DNA of 64,000 bases from an uncultured delta proteobacterium (GTDB lineage: Bacteria > Myxococcota_A > Polyangia > Polyangiales > Polyangiaceae). The first letter of the stretch is position 1. The number at the start of each line of letters is the position of its first letter. Below are positions 1-9,298 of the stretch, in pieces. A program made the translations under genes and the position numbers. A model generated the notes under the pieces. That model ran no database searches. It saw only the letters and a program-made list of their open reading frames with translations, and was not told the origin of the DNA. The DNA lies in contig CAWAIF010000003.1 in NCBI GenBank assembly GCA_963782055.1, positions 5,792,001 to 5,856,000 of the forward strand, in the 5' to 3' direction.

Positions 1-371
1 ACAAGACCAAGATGGAGGCGTTCGCCCTCAACGGGAAGCTCGCGGAGACGCGCACCGGCAACTTCCAGGCCCAGATCGCCCACGCGGGGGTCATCGACGG
101 CGTGCGGCCGGTGGCCTTCACCATGCCAGGCTATGCGCGGTCGGTGACCGTGTCGCGGGAGCTCGTCACGCCGGAGCGCCCCTTCGCGCCGCGCCTCTTC
201 TACGTGACCGACGCCATGCTCGCCCTGCTGGCGCTCCTGTGGCTGGCCTCCGCGGGCGGCCTCGGCTGGATGCACCGGTTGCAGCTCGCCGCCCTCCGCG
301 ACCGGCTGCGCGCCCTGATGACCGGCCCCAAGCCGGCCCCGGCCGCGCCCGCTCCCACGCCAGCGGAGTAG
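1..371 (+). CDS. C-terminal fragment of a membrane-anchored hypothetical protein (5' end outside window)
   Basis: Open frame with high-GC codon bias, one hydrophobic segment (AMLALLALLWLASAGGLGW), stop at 369-371. Confidence 0.7.
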   Translation, partial: KTKMEAFALNGKLAETRTGNFQAQIAHAGVIDGVRPVAFTMPGYARSVTVSRELVTPERPFAPRLFYVTDAMLALLALLWLASAGGLGWMHRLQLAALRDRLRALMTGPKPAPAAPAPTPAE

Positions 372-438
372 GTCGCCCGAGCCGCGAGCCCCCTTTTCGG
401 CCTCGGACCTCCGTCCGGGAACCCGGGGGCGGGTCGCG

Positions 439-1158
439 GTGTCGGACAGGGTGGCCGTGATAGTCTGCCACGGCGGTAGGTCCCCTCCCTTGCCCAGCCA
501 GGTCTCCCAGCCCAGCACTGCCGAGCTCGATCCCCGGGCTCAGGATCAGGAAGAAGAGCTCGATCCGGAGCTCCTCGGCCTCCCCGATCCCCCGCGCAAG
601 GAGCGGCGGCTGACCCTCGCGCTGCTGGCCGTCGCCGCCGTGGCGTCGGTCGCCATGGCCGCCTCCCTCACCCGGGACGCCGCCTACGCCTTCAGCCCGC
701 CCAGCGCGGTGGACCTGGGGGACCTGCACAAGACCCCGACCGGCGCCTTCGCGAGCAACGAGTACGTGCAGGGCTTCGGCCTGCTCGGGGGCGCGGGCTC
801 CATCCGCTACGAGCGCCCCTTCGAGAGCGACTCCTACCGCGTCGCCCCCGTCGCCGGCCGCCCGGACGTCTGGGTGGAGGTGCGCGTCCGCTCCGGCGAG
901 GAGACCAACCGCTACATCCCACCGACGAGCTTCTCCGGGCGGCTGGTGCCCTTCGCCAAGGCGGGCCTGCGTCACCGCGGGCTGCGCTCCGCCATCAGCG
1001 ATCGCACCGGCGAGAAGGTCCCCGCCGAGGCCTGGCTGCTGGTGGACGGCGAGACGCCGGGCAACGCGCGCTGGGTGGCGGCGCTCTGGTTGATGTTCGT
1101 CGGCTTCGCCGTGTGGAACGCCTTCATCATCGCCAGGCTGGTTCGCCGCGTGCGCTGA
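439..1158 (+). CDS. Hypothetical membrane protein (N- and C-terminal TM helices)
   Basis: Two hydrophobic helices flanking a soluble domain; start uncertain. Confidence 0.75.
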   Translation: MSDRVAVIVCHGGRSPPLPSQVSQPSTAELDPRAQDQEEELDPELLGLPDPPRKERRLTLALLAVAAVASVAMAASLTRDAAYAFSPPSAVDLGDLHKTPTGAFASNEYVQGFGLLGGAGSIRYERPFESDSYRVAPVAGRPDVWVEVRVRSGEETNRYIPPTSFSGRLVPFAKAGLRHRGLRSAISDRTGEKVPAEAWLLVDGETPGNARWVAALWLMFVGFAVWNAFIIARLVRRVR

Positions 1159-1272
1159 CCGCGCGCGCCAGGCGCGGGCGCGACGGCATGACGTGCGGGC
1201 GTGTGGTTGGTTTTTGCTTCGCCCGAGCGGAACGGGTACCCTCCGCTGTCGGACCCCCAACCAGAGAAGACG

Positions 1273-1803
1273 ATGGCCGCCAACGTGGTTTGCCCGAGCT
1301 GCGGGTACAAGACGAACCCTCCTGGAAGCTCACGCTGCGTCTCGTGCGGCGCCAAGATCGAGCAGATCGGCAAGCTCCAGCGCACCCGCGAAGAGGAGCT
1401 CGCCCGCCGCTACCAGCAGGAGGGCGTGAGCATGATGTGGCTGGGCATCGCCCTGGTCGTCCAGGCCGTGCTCACCGCCGCGCTCGTCTTCGGGCTGCCC
1501 ATGGTCATCCCCGCCATCGACTTCGAGGGCGGCAACGGCATGACCATCTGCATCCCGGTGTGGTTCGTGGGCGGGCTGCTCGTCGGCATGATCTCGCCGG
1601 GCCGCACCTTCATCGAGCCGGTCGTGGCGAGCTTCGTGGTCGCCATCCCGACGACGTACCTGCTGGTGCAGAGCCAGACCGTCCGCACGATGCCGACGTT
1701 TCTCTACATCATCATGGCGGGCATCGGCGTGATGTTCACGCTCATCGGCGCGTACATCGGCGAGCGCATCCAGCTCGGCCCGCCCCCCAAGCCGGTGGAG
1801 TGA
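1273..1803 (+). CDS. Zinc-ribbon domain membrane protein
   Basis: N-terminal CPSCG...CVSCG followed by ~4 TM helices; ATG at 1273. Confidence 0.8.
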   Translation: MAANVVCPSCGYKTNPPGSSRCVSCGAKIEQIGKLQRTREEELARRYQQEGVSMMWLGIALVVQAVLTAALVFGLPMVIPAIDFEGGNGMTICIPVWFVGGLLVGMISPGRTFIEPVVASFVVAIPTTYLLVQSQTVRTMPTFLYIIMAGIGVMFTLIGAYIGERIQLGPPPKPVE

Positions 1804-1841
1804 CAGCCGGCGGAGGGCTCCGCCAGATCGCCCTCGGTCGT

Positions 1842-1861
1842 CACCCCGGTTGTCCGGGGTG
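1842..1861. terminator. Hairpin between convergent genes
   Basis: CACCCCGG-ttgt-CCGGGGTG, perfect 8-bp stem between the stops at 1803 and 1869; no U-tract. Confidence 0.5.
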
Positions 1862-1868
1862 CCCGCCC

Positions 1869-2225
1869 TCAGGCGTCCTTCTGATCCTTGACGCGCGCGG
1901 CCTTGCCGGACAGCCCGCGGAGGTAGAACAGCCGGCCCCGGCGCACCACGCCGCGGGAGACGACCTCCACCTTCTCGATGCGGGGGGAGTGCGCGAGGAA
2001 CACGCGCTCGACGCCGACGTTGAAGCTCACCTTGCGCACCGTGAAGGTGCTGCGGGCGCCCGCGCGGTGGCGCTTGATGACGACACCCTGGAAGACCTGG
2101 ATGCGGTCCTTGTCACCCTCGACGATGCGATAGTGAACGCGGACGGTGTCGCCCACGCGGAAGTCGGGCAGGGTGGAGCGAAGCTGGGCGCTCTCGATCT
2201 CGGCAATCTTCGGGTGGGTCTGCAT
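1869..2225 (-). CDS. rplS: 50S ribosomal protein L19
   Basis: [31 protein letters not shown]...[14 protein letters not shown]...SP...G.VRR..LFYLR; GGAG upstream of ATG. Confidence 0.97.
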   Translation of the reverse strand: MQTHPKIAEIESAQLRSTLPDFRVGDTVRVHYRIVEGDKDRIQVFQGVVIKRHRAGARSTFTVRKVSFNVGVERVFLAHSPRIEKVEVVSRGVVRRGRLFYLRGLSGKAARVKDQKDA

Positions 2226-2394
2226 CGTCCCGACTCCTCGTGGCCCGCGGCGCGTAGCCAGGCGGGAATCTCGAATGGGCCGCGCTTTAAAGCACGCACC
2301 CCCCGGCCTGTCAACGCGCCGCGGCGAGGCGAGTTGGGTGGCTCGATGCGTGCTCCGGGCCCGCGCCGCGGAAAACGTGATACCACGCAGCGCC

Positions 2395-2859
2395 ATGGCA
2401 CTGAGAGTGGGTGATACGGCGCCGGACTTCGACGTCGAGGCGCATGACGGGCGGCGCATCGCGCTGAGCGAGTACCGGGGCAAGAAGAACGTCGTCCTGT
2501 ACTTCTACCCGAAGGATTTCACGACGGTCTGCACCAAGGAGGCCTGCGGCTTCCGCGACATCTACGAGGACCTTCAGGCCAGAGACACCGAGATCGTGGG
2601 CGTCTCCTTCGACGATGGCTCGACGCACGAGGCCTTCGCCAAGGAGCACCGGGTCCCCTTCCCCCTGGTGAGCGACACCAATCGCAGCCTGGCCGAGGCC
2701 TACGGCGCCCGGAGCTTCTTCCGGGACCTGCTGAAGGTCCCCAGCCGGGTGACCTTCCTCATCGACAAGCAGGGCAAGATCGCCGGGGTCTTCAAGGCGG
2801 AGCTGTCCGCGGACACGCACGTGGACGGCATCCGGAACGCCATCGCCGCCCTCGGCTGA
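2395..2859 (+). CDS. bcp: Peroxiredoxin, BCP/PrxQ type
   Basis: [19 protein letters not shown] (PxxxTxxC, CxxxxC) and RVTFLID motifs. Confidence 0.92.
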   Translation: MALRVGDTAPDFDVEAHDGRRIALSEYRGKKNVVLYFYPKDFTTVCTKEACGFRDIYEDLQARDTEIVGVSFDDGSTHEAFAKEHRVPFPLVSDTNRSLAEAYGARSFFRDLLKVPSRVTFLIDKQGKIAGVFKAELSADTHVDGIRNAIAALG

Positions 2860-3100
2860 CCTCCGGGCCCCCCGCGCTACCCATGTCATCTCGCGGGGTT
2901 GAGCGGATCGTTGCCATGCGGACGGTGGCCGCTCCGGGTGAGCGGGAGGCTTGACCACCGGCGCAAATGGCGTATGTATCCGCCTCCTTTCGCCCGAAGG
3001 GCCAACCGGCGGTCGCGCTCCCGACCGCTCCCCACACCCCGGGGATGGCCTGGAGGGAACGCGTGCATTCTACAACCTTCCTGGAGCCACCGAGGATCCC

Positions 3101-3763
3101 ATGAATCAGAACCCCGGCGTCTACGGACGCAAGCTCGGCAACACCCAGATCTTCCGCGAGGACGGCTCCGTCGCCCGCGTGACGGTCATCGAGGCAGGCC
3201 CCATCACCGTCGTCAGCAAGCGAACGATGGAGAAGGACGGCTACTCGGCCCTCGTCCTCGGTCTGGAGGAGCGCAAGCCGAAGCACACCAACAAGCCGGT
3301 GGCGGGCCAGTTCAAGAAGGCCAACGTCACGCCCAAGCGCGTCCTCAAGGAGATCCGCGTCCCGGAGGCGTTCGCCGCCAAGTACGAGGCGGGGCAGACG
3401 CTGAAGCTGGATGACTTCTTCAAGCCCGGCCAGCTCGTCGACGCGCGCGGCACCAGCCGCGGCCGCGGCTTCACCGGCGTCGTCCGCCGCTACGGCTTCG
3501 CCGGCGCGGTGCAGACGCACGGCACGCACGAGTACCGCCGCCACGGCGGCTCCATCGGCACCAACATGACGCCGGGCCGCACCCTGCCCAACGTGCGCAT
3601 GAGCGGCCACTACGGCGATACCACGGTGTCGATGCTCAACATCAAGGTCGCCAAGGTCGACACCGAGAAGCACCTGCTGATGCTCGAGGGCGGCGTGCCC
3701 GGCGCCAAGGGCGGCCTGGTGCTCGTGCGCCACGCCGTGAAGACGCGCGCCAGGAAGGCCTGA
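3101..3763 (+). CDS. rplC: 50S ribosomal protein L3
   Basis: GRKLGNTQIF...VTVIEAGP...DGYSA...G.SRGRGFTGVVRR..F......THG......R.GGSIG....PGR......MSGHYG...GGVPG. Confidence 0.96.
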   Translation: MNQNPGVYGRKLGNTQIFREDGSVARVTVIEAGPITVVSKRTMEKDGYSALVLGLEERKPKHTNKPVAGQFKKANVTPKRVLKEIRVPEAFAAKYEAGQTLKLDDFFKPGQLVDARGTSRGRGFTGVVRRYGFAGAVQTHGTHEYRRHGGSIGTNMTPGRTLPNVRMSGHYGDTTVSMLNIKVAKVDTEKHLLMLEGGVPGAKGGLVLVRHAVKTRARKA

Positions 3764-3780
3764 CCGGCAGGGGGGGCGCC

Positions 3781-4266
3781 GTGCCCATCGCCACGCTACG
3801 CATCGACGACGCGCTCTGGGAGGCGGCGAGCGCGCTGCGCCGCGAGGACTGGCGCCTCTCCATCATGGACCTGCTCGACAACGCGGCGCTCGGGGAGGAG
3901 GACGACCACCTGCTGCACCTCTCGCTGGAGCCGACGGCTGTCGTCTTCAGCGTCTTCGACGAGCAGGGCGCGCCGCGGGGCATCTACGAGGTCTCCCACG
4001 AGGCGCTGCGGCCTCAGCTCGAGGAGTACCTGGCGGTGATCCGGCGCATGCACGGCGAGGACACCAGCGACGGCTCGGCGCGCATGGAGGCGCTGGACAT
4101 GGCCAAGAAGGTCGTCCACGACGCCGGCGGGCGAGCCCTGCGCGGCGCCCTGCCCGACTTCGCCCCCGACCACGAGACCTACCGCCGCCTCTTCACCCTG
4201 GTGCTCGGCCTGCTCGTCGACGTCACCAAGATCCCCGGCGTCCACGCGCACCGCCGCCACATCTAG
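3781..4266 (+). CDS. UPF0262-like protein
   Basis: Resembles UPF0262 (LLDN, EALDMAKKVVHDAG, TYRRLFTL). Confidence 0.7.
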   Translation: MPIATLRIDDALWEAASALRREDWRLSIMDLLDNAALGEEDDHLLHLSLEPTAVVFSVFDEQGAPRGIYEVSHEALRPQLEEYLAVIRRMHGEDTSDGSARMEALDMAKKVVHDAGGRALRGALPDFAPDHETYRRLFTLVLGLLVDVTKIPGVHAHRRHI

Positions 4267-4288
4267 CTCCCCCCTCGCTGGGGAGCTA
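4264..4288. terminator. Bidirectional hairpin whose base is formed by two convergent TAG stops
   Basis: TAGCTCCCC-cctcgct-GGGGAGCTA, perfect 9-bp stem. Confidence 0.55.
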
Positions 4289-4462
4289 CTCCTCGCTGGT
4301 CCACACACGCGGACCGCGGGACCGCGCGCACGCCGGGGGCGGCTCGTCCCACTCCACCTCGATCACGATGCTCGCCATGCGCGGTCGTATGCGGCCGGGC
4401 ACCTCGGCGCGGGTATCGGGGCCAATGGCACGAAGCTCGAAGGGGTCGATGAGCGTCTGCAT
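4286..4462 (-). CDS. Putative small protein (58 aa)
   Basis: AGGAG 8 nt upstream of ATG at 4462; fills an otherwise empty gap; stop lies in the hairpin. Confidence 0.45.
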   Translation of the reverse strand: MQTLIDPFELRAIGPDTRAEVPGRIRPRMASIVIEVEWDEPPPACARSRGPRVWTSEE

Positions 4463-4737
4463 CACGTCACTCCTGAGTCCGGCGCGCTGCGCCGGCCGAC
4501 GTCCCGAAGGGCGCTTCAGGACAGATTTGCGGCGAGCCCGGGCCAGGCCGGGGAGTGGGCCCGACTCCGGGGTCGCCGGATGGAAGACAGAGCAAGGCTC
4601 GGGCCGAAGTGTGGCGACGCCAAAACCCCTGGAAACGGCGCTTCGTCGAGGCTTCACCTGGATCGCCGGTGGCTCAGGTACGCGCGCCCGTGATCCGGTA
4701 GGAAGTCGGGAGCGGATTGCCTAAGCTGGTGCGGTCC

Positions 4738-5367
4738 ATGGGCCGCCCCAATCCCTACAAGAAGCCCGATCGCTTCACCGTCGCGGCGAAGAAGGCGGGC
4801 TTCCCGGCGCGCAGCGTCTTCAAGCTGGAGGAGATCGACCGGCGCGCGCGGCTGCTGCGGCCCGGGCAGCGGGTGCTGGACCTGGGCGCGGCGCCGGGGA
4901 GCTGGGCGCTCTACGCGGCGCAGCGCATCGGCCGGCACGGCAAGCTGCTGGCGATGGACCTCAAGCCCCTGACCGTCGCCCTTCCCCCGCAGGCCACCTT
5001 CGTGCTGGGCGACGCCCTGGCCCTGGAGGACGGGGCACTCGCGGCCTTCGCCCCGTACGATGTGGTGCTGAGCGACATGGCCCCCAGCACCACCGGCAAC
5101 CGCTTCACCGATCAGACGCGCAGCCACGAGCTGTTCATGCGCGCGCTGGCGGTGGCCGTCGCGCTGGGCGCGAAGGGCGGCGCCTTCGTCGGGAAGATCT
5201 TCATGGGGGAGGATCTGCCGCTGGCGCGCGCCGAGCTGCGGAAGCACTACGCCAAGGAGCGGCTCATCCGGCCGGAGGGCACGCGCGCGGTGAGCTACGA
5301 GCTCTTCGTCATCGGCCTGGACAAGCGCGCCGACGCGACCCGGAGCGAGGAGGGGGGGAGCGCGTGA
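4738..5367 (+). CDS. rlmE: 23S rRNA Um2552 methyltransferase RlmE/FtsJ
   Basis: RSVFKLEEID, VLDLGAAPGSW, DVVLSDMAP, KIFMG motifs. Confidence 0.93.
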   Translation: MGRPNPYKKPDRFTVAAKKAGFPARSVFKLEEIDRRARLLRPGQRVLDLGAAPGSWALYAAQRIGRHGKLLAMDLKPLTVALPPQATFVLGDALALEDGALAAFAPYDVVLSDMAPSTTGNRFTDQTRSHELFMRALAVAVALGAKGGAFVGKIFMGEDLPLARAELRKHYAKERLIRPEGTRAVSYELFVIGLDKRADATRSEEGGSA

Positions 5368-8300
5368 GCGTGAATGCGTTCACCAGCCAGGCGTACGTCG
5401 GCGGCCGCTTCCTCATCGAGCGCGAGGTGGGGCGCGGCGGGGTCGGCATCGTGTACCGCGCCATGGACGAGGTCACCGGCCAGCCGGTGGCGCTCAAGGT
5501 GATCGCCATCTCCGGCGTCGACGCCGGCGAGGAAGCGCGCTTCCGCCGCGAGGGCCGTGTGCTCGCGGGGCTGCGGCACCCGGCGATCGTGCAGCTCGTC
5601 GCCTTCGGGCAGCTCGACGAGGGGCAGCCCTACGTGGCGATGGAGTGGCTGGAGGGCGAGGACATCGCCCAGCGCCAGCGTCGATCGCCGCTGCCCCTCG
5701 GCCAGTGTCTGGAGGTCGCCGCGCAGGTGGCCGACGCGCTCGCGGCGTCGCACGCCGCCGGCATCGTGCACCGCGACGTCAAGCCGTCCAACGTCATCCT
5801 GGTGGGCAGCGGCCCCGGCTCGAGCGAGGTGCTGCAGGCGAAGCTCGTCGACTTCGGCGTCGCCGCGGCGGAGGACGCCAAGCTCACGCGCACCGGCGCG
5901 ATCATCGGCACGCCCGCCTACATGGCGCCGGAGCAGGCGCGCGGCGACGAGGGCGTCGACGCGCGCGCCGACATCTACGCGCTGGGCGCCACCCTCTTCG
6001 AGATGATCACCGGCCGCCCGCCCCACATCGGCCCGACGCCCATCGCCATCCTGGCGCGCCTGGTCACGACGCCGCCGCCGCGACTGTCCGACGTCTACGC
6101 GGCCACGCCCATCCCGCTCGACGACCTGATGGCGGAGCTGCTCGCGACCGCCCCGGAGGACCGCCCCTCCGGCATGGGCGAGGTCGCCGACCGCCTGCGC
6201 GCCATCGCCGCCGACGTGGCCTCGCGCGCCGGGAGCGAGACGCGCGCCGTCTACAAGGAGTCGGAGCCGCCCATCAGCATGATCGGCCCGGCGAGCTCCA
6301 TGGGGACGCCGAGCACCGGCGGCTCGCGCCTGGTGACGACCATCCTGGGCACCCACGTGCCGAAGGGCCCGGCGCGCGCCCGCCTGGTGGCGCACCTGCG
6401 CGCGCGAGGCGCGGAGGCGACCGAGCTCGGGGGCGACGCGGTGGTGGCGCACCTGGGGGTGAAGCGCTCGGTGGGCGACGAGGCGACGCGCGCCATCGAC
6501 CTGGCCATGCGCCTCGCCAAGGTCAACGCCACCGTGGGCATCGCCACCGGCCGCACGCGCGTCGAGCGCGGGGCCCGCCCGATTGGGGAGGTGGTGGACC
6601 GCGCGGCGGCGCTCGCGCGCGACGCGCAGCGCGGTCAGGTGCTGGTGGACACCACGACGGCCGAGCTCGCGCGCGGCCGCTTCGAGTTCCAGGTGCGCGA
6701 CGACGGCACCGCGCTCGTCGGCGGCGCGCACGTCGGGCGCAAGGACGCCCTCGGCGGGGCGCCCTTCGTCGGCCGCGAGGCGGAGCTCTCGCAGCTCGTC
6801 GCCTCCTTCGAGCGCGCGCTCGACGATCGCACCCCGGTGCTGGTCACCCTCACCGGCGCGCCCGGCATCGGCAAGACGCGCCTGCGGCGCGAGGCGATCC
6901 AGCGCATCTCCTCCAACTCCTCCGGCGCGCGGGTGATCCTCGTGCGCTGCGAGACCTTCGGCAAGTCGCACCCGCTCGGCGCGCTCGCCGACATCGCCCG
7001 GCAGATGGCCGGCGTGCCCAAGGGCGCGACGCTGGAGGACGCGCGCGTCGCCACCACCAACGTGGTGCACATGAGCGACGCGCACCTGGACGCCGACGCG
7101 CAGGAGCTGGTCGCCAGGCTGCTCGCCAACGAGCCGCTACCCGAGATGGCGGAGGCCCGCGCGGCGCGCGACGCGCTGTGGATGGCGGTCACCGACATCT
7201 TCGTCGGGCTGGCGCGCCGGTCGCCCATCGTCATCGGGCTGGAGGACGCCCAGTGGTGCGACAACGAGAGCCTCTCCTGGCTCGACCACGCGCTCGCGCG
7301 CGCGTCGGGCGCGCCGCTGTGGGTGCTGCTCACCACGCGCCCCTCCCTCTGGCGGGAGGAGCCGGAGCGCTTCGCCGGGCGCGACCACGTGCGCCTCGAG
7401 CTGCGGCCGCTCTCGCGGCGCGCGGTGCGCACCATCGCGCGGTCCATCCTGGGAGAGCGCGTCGCGCAGGGGGACCAGGTCGCCGAGAGCATCGCGCTGC
7501 AGGCCGCGGGCTCGCCGCTGTTCGCGGAGGAGCTGGCCCGCCTCGCCGCGCAGGGCCGCGACGCCGCGCAGGCGCCGACGATCGAGGCGGCGATGCAGGT
7601 GCAGCTCGACGCGCTGGACGACGCCACGCGGGAGGCGGCGGCGCGGCTGAGCGTCTTCGGTCAGGTGGGCTGGGACACCGGCCTGGAGGCGCTGGGCGTG
7701 CCGCTCGCGAGCGATGTGCTGCGGCAGCTCGCGGCCGCGGAGGTCGTCGTCGAGCAGGCGACGTCGCGCTTCAAGGGCGTGCGCGAGTGGGCCTTCAAGC
7801 ACGCGCTCATGCGCGAGGTCGCCTACGCCGCGCTGGGCGACGACGCCCTGCGCGATCTGCACGCGCGCGCCGGCCGCTGGCTCGCCAGGATGGGCGAGGA
7901 CGACGCCACCGTCGCACGGCACTTCGAGCTGGGCGGCGCGTGGACGGAGGCCGCCGGCCACATGGAGAAGGCGGCGCGACGTGCGCTCGCCGCGCACGCT
8001 CTGGGCGACGCCGTGACGATGGCGGAGAAGGCGCTCGCCTTCGCCGAGGACAAGCCGACGCAGTTCGCGCGCGCGCAGATCCTGGACGAGGCGTGGAACC
8101 GCCAGGACGCCCGCGCCGGCGAGCGCGACTCCGCGGTGCGCGCCATGGCGGAGGCGGTCTACGACGAGGCAAGCGAGGTCCGCGCCCGCGGCGCGCGCGT
8201 GCGCTACGAGGATGCCTGCGGCGGCGACTCGGAGACGAGCAGCCGCCTGGATCAGGTCCGGTGCGCGGCGCAGGCCGCCGGCCTGGTGGACGAGGAGGCG

Positions 8301-9293
8301 CGATGCGCGGCGGCGCTCGCCGCGCGCTACGCCTTCGCCGGCGAGCTGGACCACGCGGCCGACGCGGCCGAACAGCTCCTCTCCCTCTCGCAGCGGCACT
8401 CCATCCCGGCGGCGGCGGTGGACGCGTGGCAGACGCTGGCGGTGGTGCGGCAGGCCCGCGGGGACGTGGGCGCGGCGCTGGAGGCGCGCCGCTCCGCCGC
8501 CCGCGCGGCGAGCGAGGCCGGCCTCAAGACGCGCGAGGCGACGCTCACCATCAACGTCGGCTTCGCCCTGACGACCGTCGGCGCCAAGGGCGAGGCGCGC
8601 GTGGCGATCGAGGGCGGGATCGCCCTCGCGCAGGCGATCGGCTCGCCCGGCACGGTGCGCCACGGCCAGATGAACCTGCTCTGCTGGGCGGCGACCTTCG
8701 GGGGCGACCCGGCGCTGGACCGCATCCTCGCCGAGCCGCGCACCCTGGCGGACGCGGCGGCCAGCGGGAGCTGGGTGCCGCACGACCGCGCCACCCTCGG
8801 CGTGCTCTACTACCGCGGCCTGGAGCTCCTTCGCGGGACGGACTCCGACTCCGCGGAGCGCGCGCGCACGCTGCTGCGCACGGCGGCGCAGGGCTACCGC
8901 GCCACCAAGATGCTGGACGTGGTGCCGGTGGCGATGGGCTTCCTCGCGGAGGCGGAGCGCCGCTGCGGCGAGCCGCAGAAGGCGCGCGAGATCGCCAGCG
9001 AGGCGGCGCGCCTGCTCGACGAGGGGTCGGCGAGCCTGCTCAACGAGGCGCCGGTGTTCCTCGCGCTGCACGACGCGTGCGTCGACCTGGGCGACCTGTC
9101 GGAGGCGCGCGAGGCGATCCTGCGGGGCATCCCGCGGCTGGCGACGCGCGTGCAGGGGCTGGCGGGCACGCCCTACGCGCGCGACTTCCTCACGCAGCTC
9201 GCCACCAACGCCGGACTCATCACCGCGGCGGAGGCGTACGGCCTGGTGCCGCGCGAGCTGGCCGCGGTGATCGACAAGCCCGCGAACGCTTGA
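5364..9293 (+). CDS. Ser/Thr kinase fused to a cyclase-like domain, STAND/AAA ATPase and helical (TPR-like) repeats
   Basis: GRGGVG, VALK, HRDVKPSN, DFG, GTPAYMAPE; FVGREAEL, Walker A GAPGIGKT, LEDAQW, AGSPLF, WAFKHAL. Confidence 0.9.
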   Translation: MSVNAFTSQAYVGGRFLIEREVGRGGVGIVYRAMDEVTGQPVALKVIAISGVDAGEEARFRREGRVLAGLRHPAIVQLVAFGQLDEGQPYVAMEWLEGEDIAQRQRRSPLPLGQCLEVAAQVADALAASHAAGIVHRDVKPSNVILVGSGPGSSEVLQAKLVDFGVAAAEDAKLTRTGAIIGTPAYMAPEQARGDEGVDARADIYALGATLFEMITGRPPHIGPTPIAILARLVTTPPPRLSDVYAATPIPLDDLMAELLATAPEDRPSGMGEVADRLRAIAADVASRAGSETRAVYKESEPPISMIGPASSMGTPSTGGSRLVTTILGTHVPKGPARARLVAHLRARGAEATELGGDAVVAHLGVKRSVGDEATRAIDLAMRLAKVNATVGIATGRTRVERGARPIGEVVDRAAALARDAQRGQVLVDTTTAELARGRFEFQVRDDGTALVGGAHVGRKDALGGAPFVGREAELSQLVASFERALDDRTPVLVTLTGAPGIGKTRLRREAIQRISSNSSGARVILVRCETFGKSHPLGALADIARQMAGVPKGATLEDARVATTNVVHMSDAHLDADAQELVARLLANEPLPEMAEARAARDALWMAVTDIFVGLARRSPIVIGLEDAQWCDNESLSWLDHALARASGAPLWVLLTTRPSLWREEPERFAGRDHVRLELRPLSRRAVRTIARSILGERVAQGDQVAESIALQAAGSPLFAEELARLAAQGRDAAQAPTIEAAMQVQLDALDDATREAAARLSVFGQVGWDTGLEALGVPLASDVLRQLAAAEVVVEQATSRFKGVREWAFKHALMREVAYAALGDDALRDLHARAGRWLARMGEDDATVARHFELGGAWTEAAGHMEKAARRALAAHALGDAVTMAEKALAFAEDKPTQFARAQILDEAWNRQDARAGERDSAVRAMAEAVYDEASEVRARGARVRYEDACGGDSETSSRLDQVRCAAQAAGLVDEEARCAAALAARYAFAGELDHAADAAEQLLSLSQRHSIPAAAVDAWQTLAVVRQARGDVGAALEARRSAARAASEAGLKTREATLTINVGFALTTVGAKGEARVAIEGGIALAQAIGSPGTVRHGQMNLLCWAATFGGDPALDRILAEPRTLADAAASGSWVPHDRATLGVLYYRGLELLRGTDSDSAERARTLLRTAAQGYRATKMLDVVPVAMGFLAEAERRCGEPQKAREIASEAARLLDEGSASLLNEAPVFLALHDACVDLGDLSEAREAILRGIPRLATRVQGLAGTPYARDFLTQLATNAGLITAAEAYGLVPRELAAVIDKPANA

Positions 9294-9298
9294 CCGTC

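Noticed and set aside
5645..9298. 1754-aa ORF (5645-10909) and other very long Arg/Gly/Ala-rich ORFs (e.g. 59227-62871, 31548-34397, 38104-41010, 57752-60904)
   Set aside because: Shadow frames caused by stop-codon scarcity at high GC; at most the 3' part after a plausible start is a real gene
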